Assembly (NCBI GenBank): GCA_963832745.1
Contig: CAWHVC010000005.1
Span: 544,001 to 608,000 of the forward strand
Source: Candidatus Bathyarchaeota archaeon
GTDB taxonomy: Archaea; Thermoproteota; Bathyarchaeia; Bathyarchaeales; Bathycorpusculaceae
Direction of reading: 5' to 3'
DNA: 64,000 bases
The position numbers were made by a program, and so were the translations under genes. Positions 61,661 through 64,000 of the stretch are shown piece after piece; position 1 is the first letter of the stretch, and each line of letters begins with the position of its first letter. Below the pieces are notes generated by a model. The model was given only the letters and a program-made list of their open reading frames with translations, ran no database searches and had not been told where the DNA came from.

Positions 61661-61741
61661 TAAATACTAATCTCCAATTAGGCGTTAATTCGTTGAAGTA
61701 ATCGCTGTGTTGAAATCTTGTTCAGAGGCTTAGATATTTGA

Positions 61742-62637
61742 TTAAAGAGCTTCGTCTAAAAAGTGGTTCACACATTTTTTCCAGGATAACTTTAGATAGC
61801 GACAAAGAATCAACATGGTAGGTGGCGGGTCTGGAAAAAAGGGTATACTCAATTGACCGCCAATAGCATTTAGAACTGCGACGATTTTAGAGGGCATTTT
61901 ATTCCAAGCTAATTCATGAAGTTGCAGGGTGATTGTTAAACTCCATCTAGTAGCGTTTGATAAATGGTTCTTTTTAGTTAACTGTATAAACATCTCAATT
62001 GATGACTTGTCCATTGTGGAAAGGTAATTTAGTATGGTAACATATTCTGAAAGAGTATATTGGTTTTCTTTTAATGCCGCATGGGCTATTACTGCCAATA
62101 ATTCTGCTTCAGGACGTAAAATGTAAGTTGCAAAGCCCTCACAGATGTCTTTCTTAATTTTAAACGGTGACAAAGATTTTTTGTTTAGGTAAATTAATCG
62201 GCTTATGCTAATTTCACTATAAACATCAATCATCGCTTCAATCTTAAAGCGTTTATTGGTATCCTGAAATGTTGTGCAATAATCGCCTTTTTGATAAACA
62301 AGTAATCATTTTGCTTGAGAGCGGTTACTATTTTGCTATAGTCATAAGGACCCAGACATAAAACATCTATATCAGAAACGTCATCTAGACCAGGCTTTAA
62401 CGTTTTAAAAATGGCATAGTTAACGTCTTCCTTGTTAAATAGAAAAGAAGCATTTGCTAGTAACTCTAACATGCTGTTTAGCCGTGAAGAATGGTACTGG
62501 TACTCTGGAAGCAAAGAGGCAGTTTCAGAGAGTATGTTTTGCAAATATGTTAAAGGTATCTTGTTTGCAGAAGCTATTGAATAGAGTTGCCGGGAATATT
62601 CATCGATAACGTCACCGGTTTTTTGAAGGAGACCCAA
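61742..62637 (-). pseudogene. Disrupted nucleotidyltransferase-family protein
   Basis: FKT...SDIDVL, IDVY, AHAALKE across two frames. Confidence 0.65.
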
Positions 62638-62664
62638 TGATTCTTAGCAAAGAAAGAAAAGGCT

Positions 62665-63639
62665 TCATGTAAGTGATAGGATAGTTTTAGTGAAGCATTC
62701 GCTGCTTTCTTTGGAATTCCATTGTTTCGCTATTTTTTTAGCGTTCATCGAAAGCGTATTGAAACTTTTTAAATCCATTTTTAAGATAGCAACAGCTTCT
62801 TTAGCAATTGCATCTGTGTTCATGCGAACCACCAAATCGGGGTCTGGTTTTTCAACAAAAGTTTTTGCACCAACCCTCTGGGTGATTAAAGGAATCACCC
62901 CTGCGGACATAGCTTCCAAAACAGGCACACAAAACGTATCGGTCCGCCAGGAGCCAGTAAAACCTTACACTTCATAAACACTTTAATGATTTCAGGCTTT
63001 GACTGCCAACCAAGGACAAAGAACCCATTGACTTTTTTTCCAGCCGTTTTTAATTCTGAAAATTGCGGGCCTTTTCCAATAACCTAAAAAATTAACCTGG
63101 TTTATTCAATAGGTAATTTTTTTAAATATGTCAAATAATAAATCGGCCCCTTTTATTCTTTCAAGCGCACCCAAAAATACAACATTATTTTCTTTTCCAT
63201 ACTCTTGAGTCACACTGAGGAAAGCTTCCATAGAAACATCAGGGTGACAGACCGATATAGGTACACATCTAATGCCAAAATTGTTAAATATATGATCTCG
63301 CTGCAGTTGAGAAACAGCAATGATTCCATCAGTTTTTTTCAAAAATTGCTTAATCAGCTTGTCTTTAAAGGTTAAAGAATGAACAGCTAACGGGTATCCA
63401 TGGGCAACATTTAGTATTTTAGCGTTCCTGTTCCAAATTTTAATAATGCGAGCAACGATTGTGGGTCTAACGCCCTCGGCGACAATAACTTTAGCTCGGC
63501 ATAAAGAAAAAAGAGCCATTATGTTACATTGGGTTAAACTAATAGTACATCCGTTGAATTTTTGTTCAATTATTTTTGCCCAAAGCTTATGTGCAGAGTG
63601 CGGTTCGCTTGAATAACAAAGATAAACATAGCCAGACAC
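62665..63639 (-). pseudogene. Disrupted GT4 glycosyltransferase
   Basis: VSQ, FLGALERIKG, PVLEAMSAG; in-frame TGA (63106) and TAG (~63085) plus a frameshift near 62940. Confidence 0.8.
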
Positions 63640-63655
63640 TACAACAACTCTGTTC

Positions 63656-64000
63656 TTAAGAGACCGCTGAAATCAAAGCGTCTTTTTGAGCATATATCGC
63701 ATTATCTTGGTCATTAGAGTAAACTTTATCAAAGTATTGGTTACCATCAATAGTTTGATTGAAAACTGTTAAGAAAGAGGAAAATGTTGGTTCATAGCCG
63801 TAGAATTGATCTAAATTTTCATATTCTTCAGTAAGAACCACTATGTGTACCCAATAACTGACTCATTCATTGCAGTTGCATTGTTTTTGCAATCATTGTA
63901 AATCGTGTCCAAGTTTTGGTTAGTTTTAAAGAAAAGTCGGTTGTTGCCATTCAATATTGAATGATACCTAAGGGCGACATCTGGAGAATTAATAGTTGCA
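63656..64000 (-). CDS. C-terminal part of a protein entering from beyond the window, possibly disrupted
   Basis: FDKVYSN-type tail, typical of soluble C-termini of archaeal membrane glycosylation proteins. Confidence 0.35.

Noticed and set aside
57969-63639. Stop-codon recoding (Pyl/Sec or alternative code) to explain in-frame stops
   Set aside because: TAA, TGA and TAG all occur together with frameshifts, and core genes use the standard code

Overview
Archaeal chromosomal window, most likely TACK superphylum and probably Bathyarchaeia. This is inferred from the single fused RNA polymerase A'+A'' gene, unsplit rpoB, rpl30e-nusA, an intron-containing tRNA-Leu(CAA) and many C-terminally anchored surface proteins. 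Core genes include ATP-dependent DNA ligase, the RNAP cluster, thioredoxin, Dus, a Pst/PhoU phosphate locus with two pstS, and an FtsX-type ABC system. The window ends in a decaying glycosylation island (58-64 kb). The most notable unexplained items are: (1) a hingeless SMC with SMC5/6-like head motifs coupled to a kleisin-like gene; (2) two unrelated surface-protein genes framed by shared nucleotide flanks with a palindrome; (3) a ~280-aa extracellular domain shared between a membrane wHTH regulator and a probable clan-CD protease precursor; (4) two paralogous Cys-rich microproteins missed by the ORF track; (5) a dispersed 55-90 bp intergenic repeat in four loci; (6) an operon of sensor domains with no output domain. 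No CRISPR array, rRNA or transposase was seen. All calls are by eye, with no database searches.
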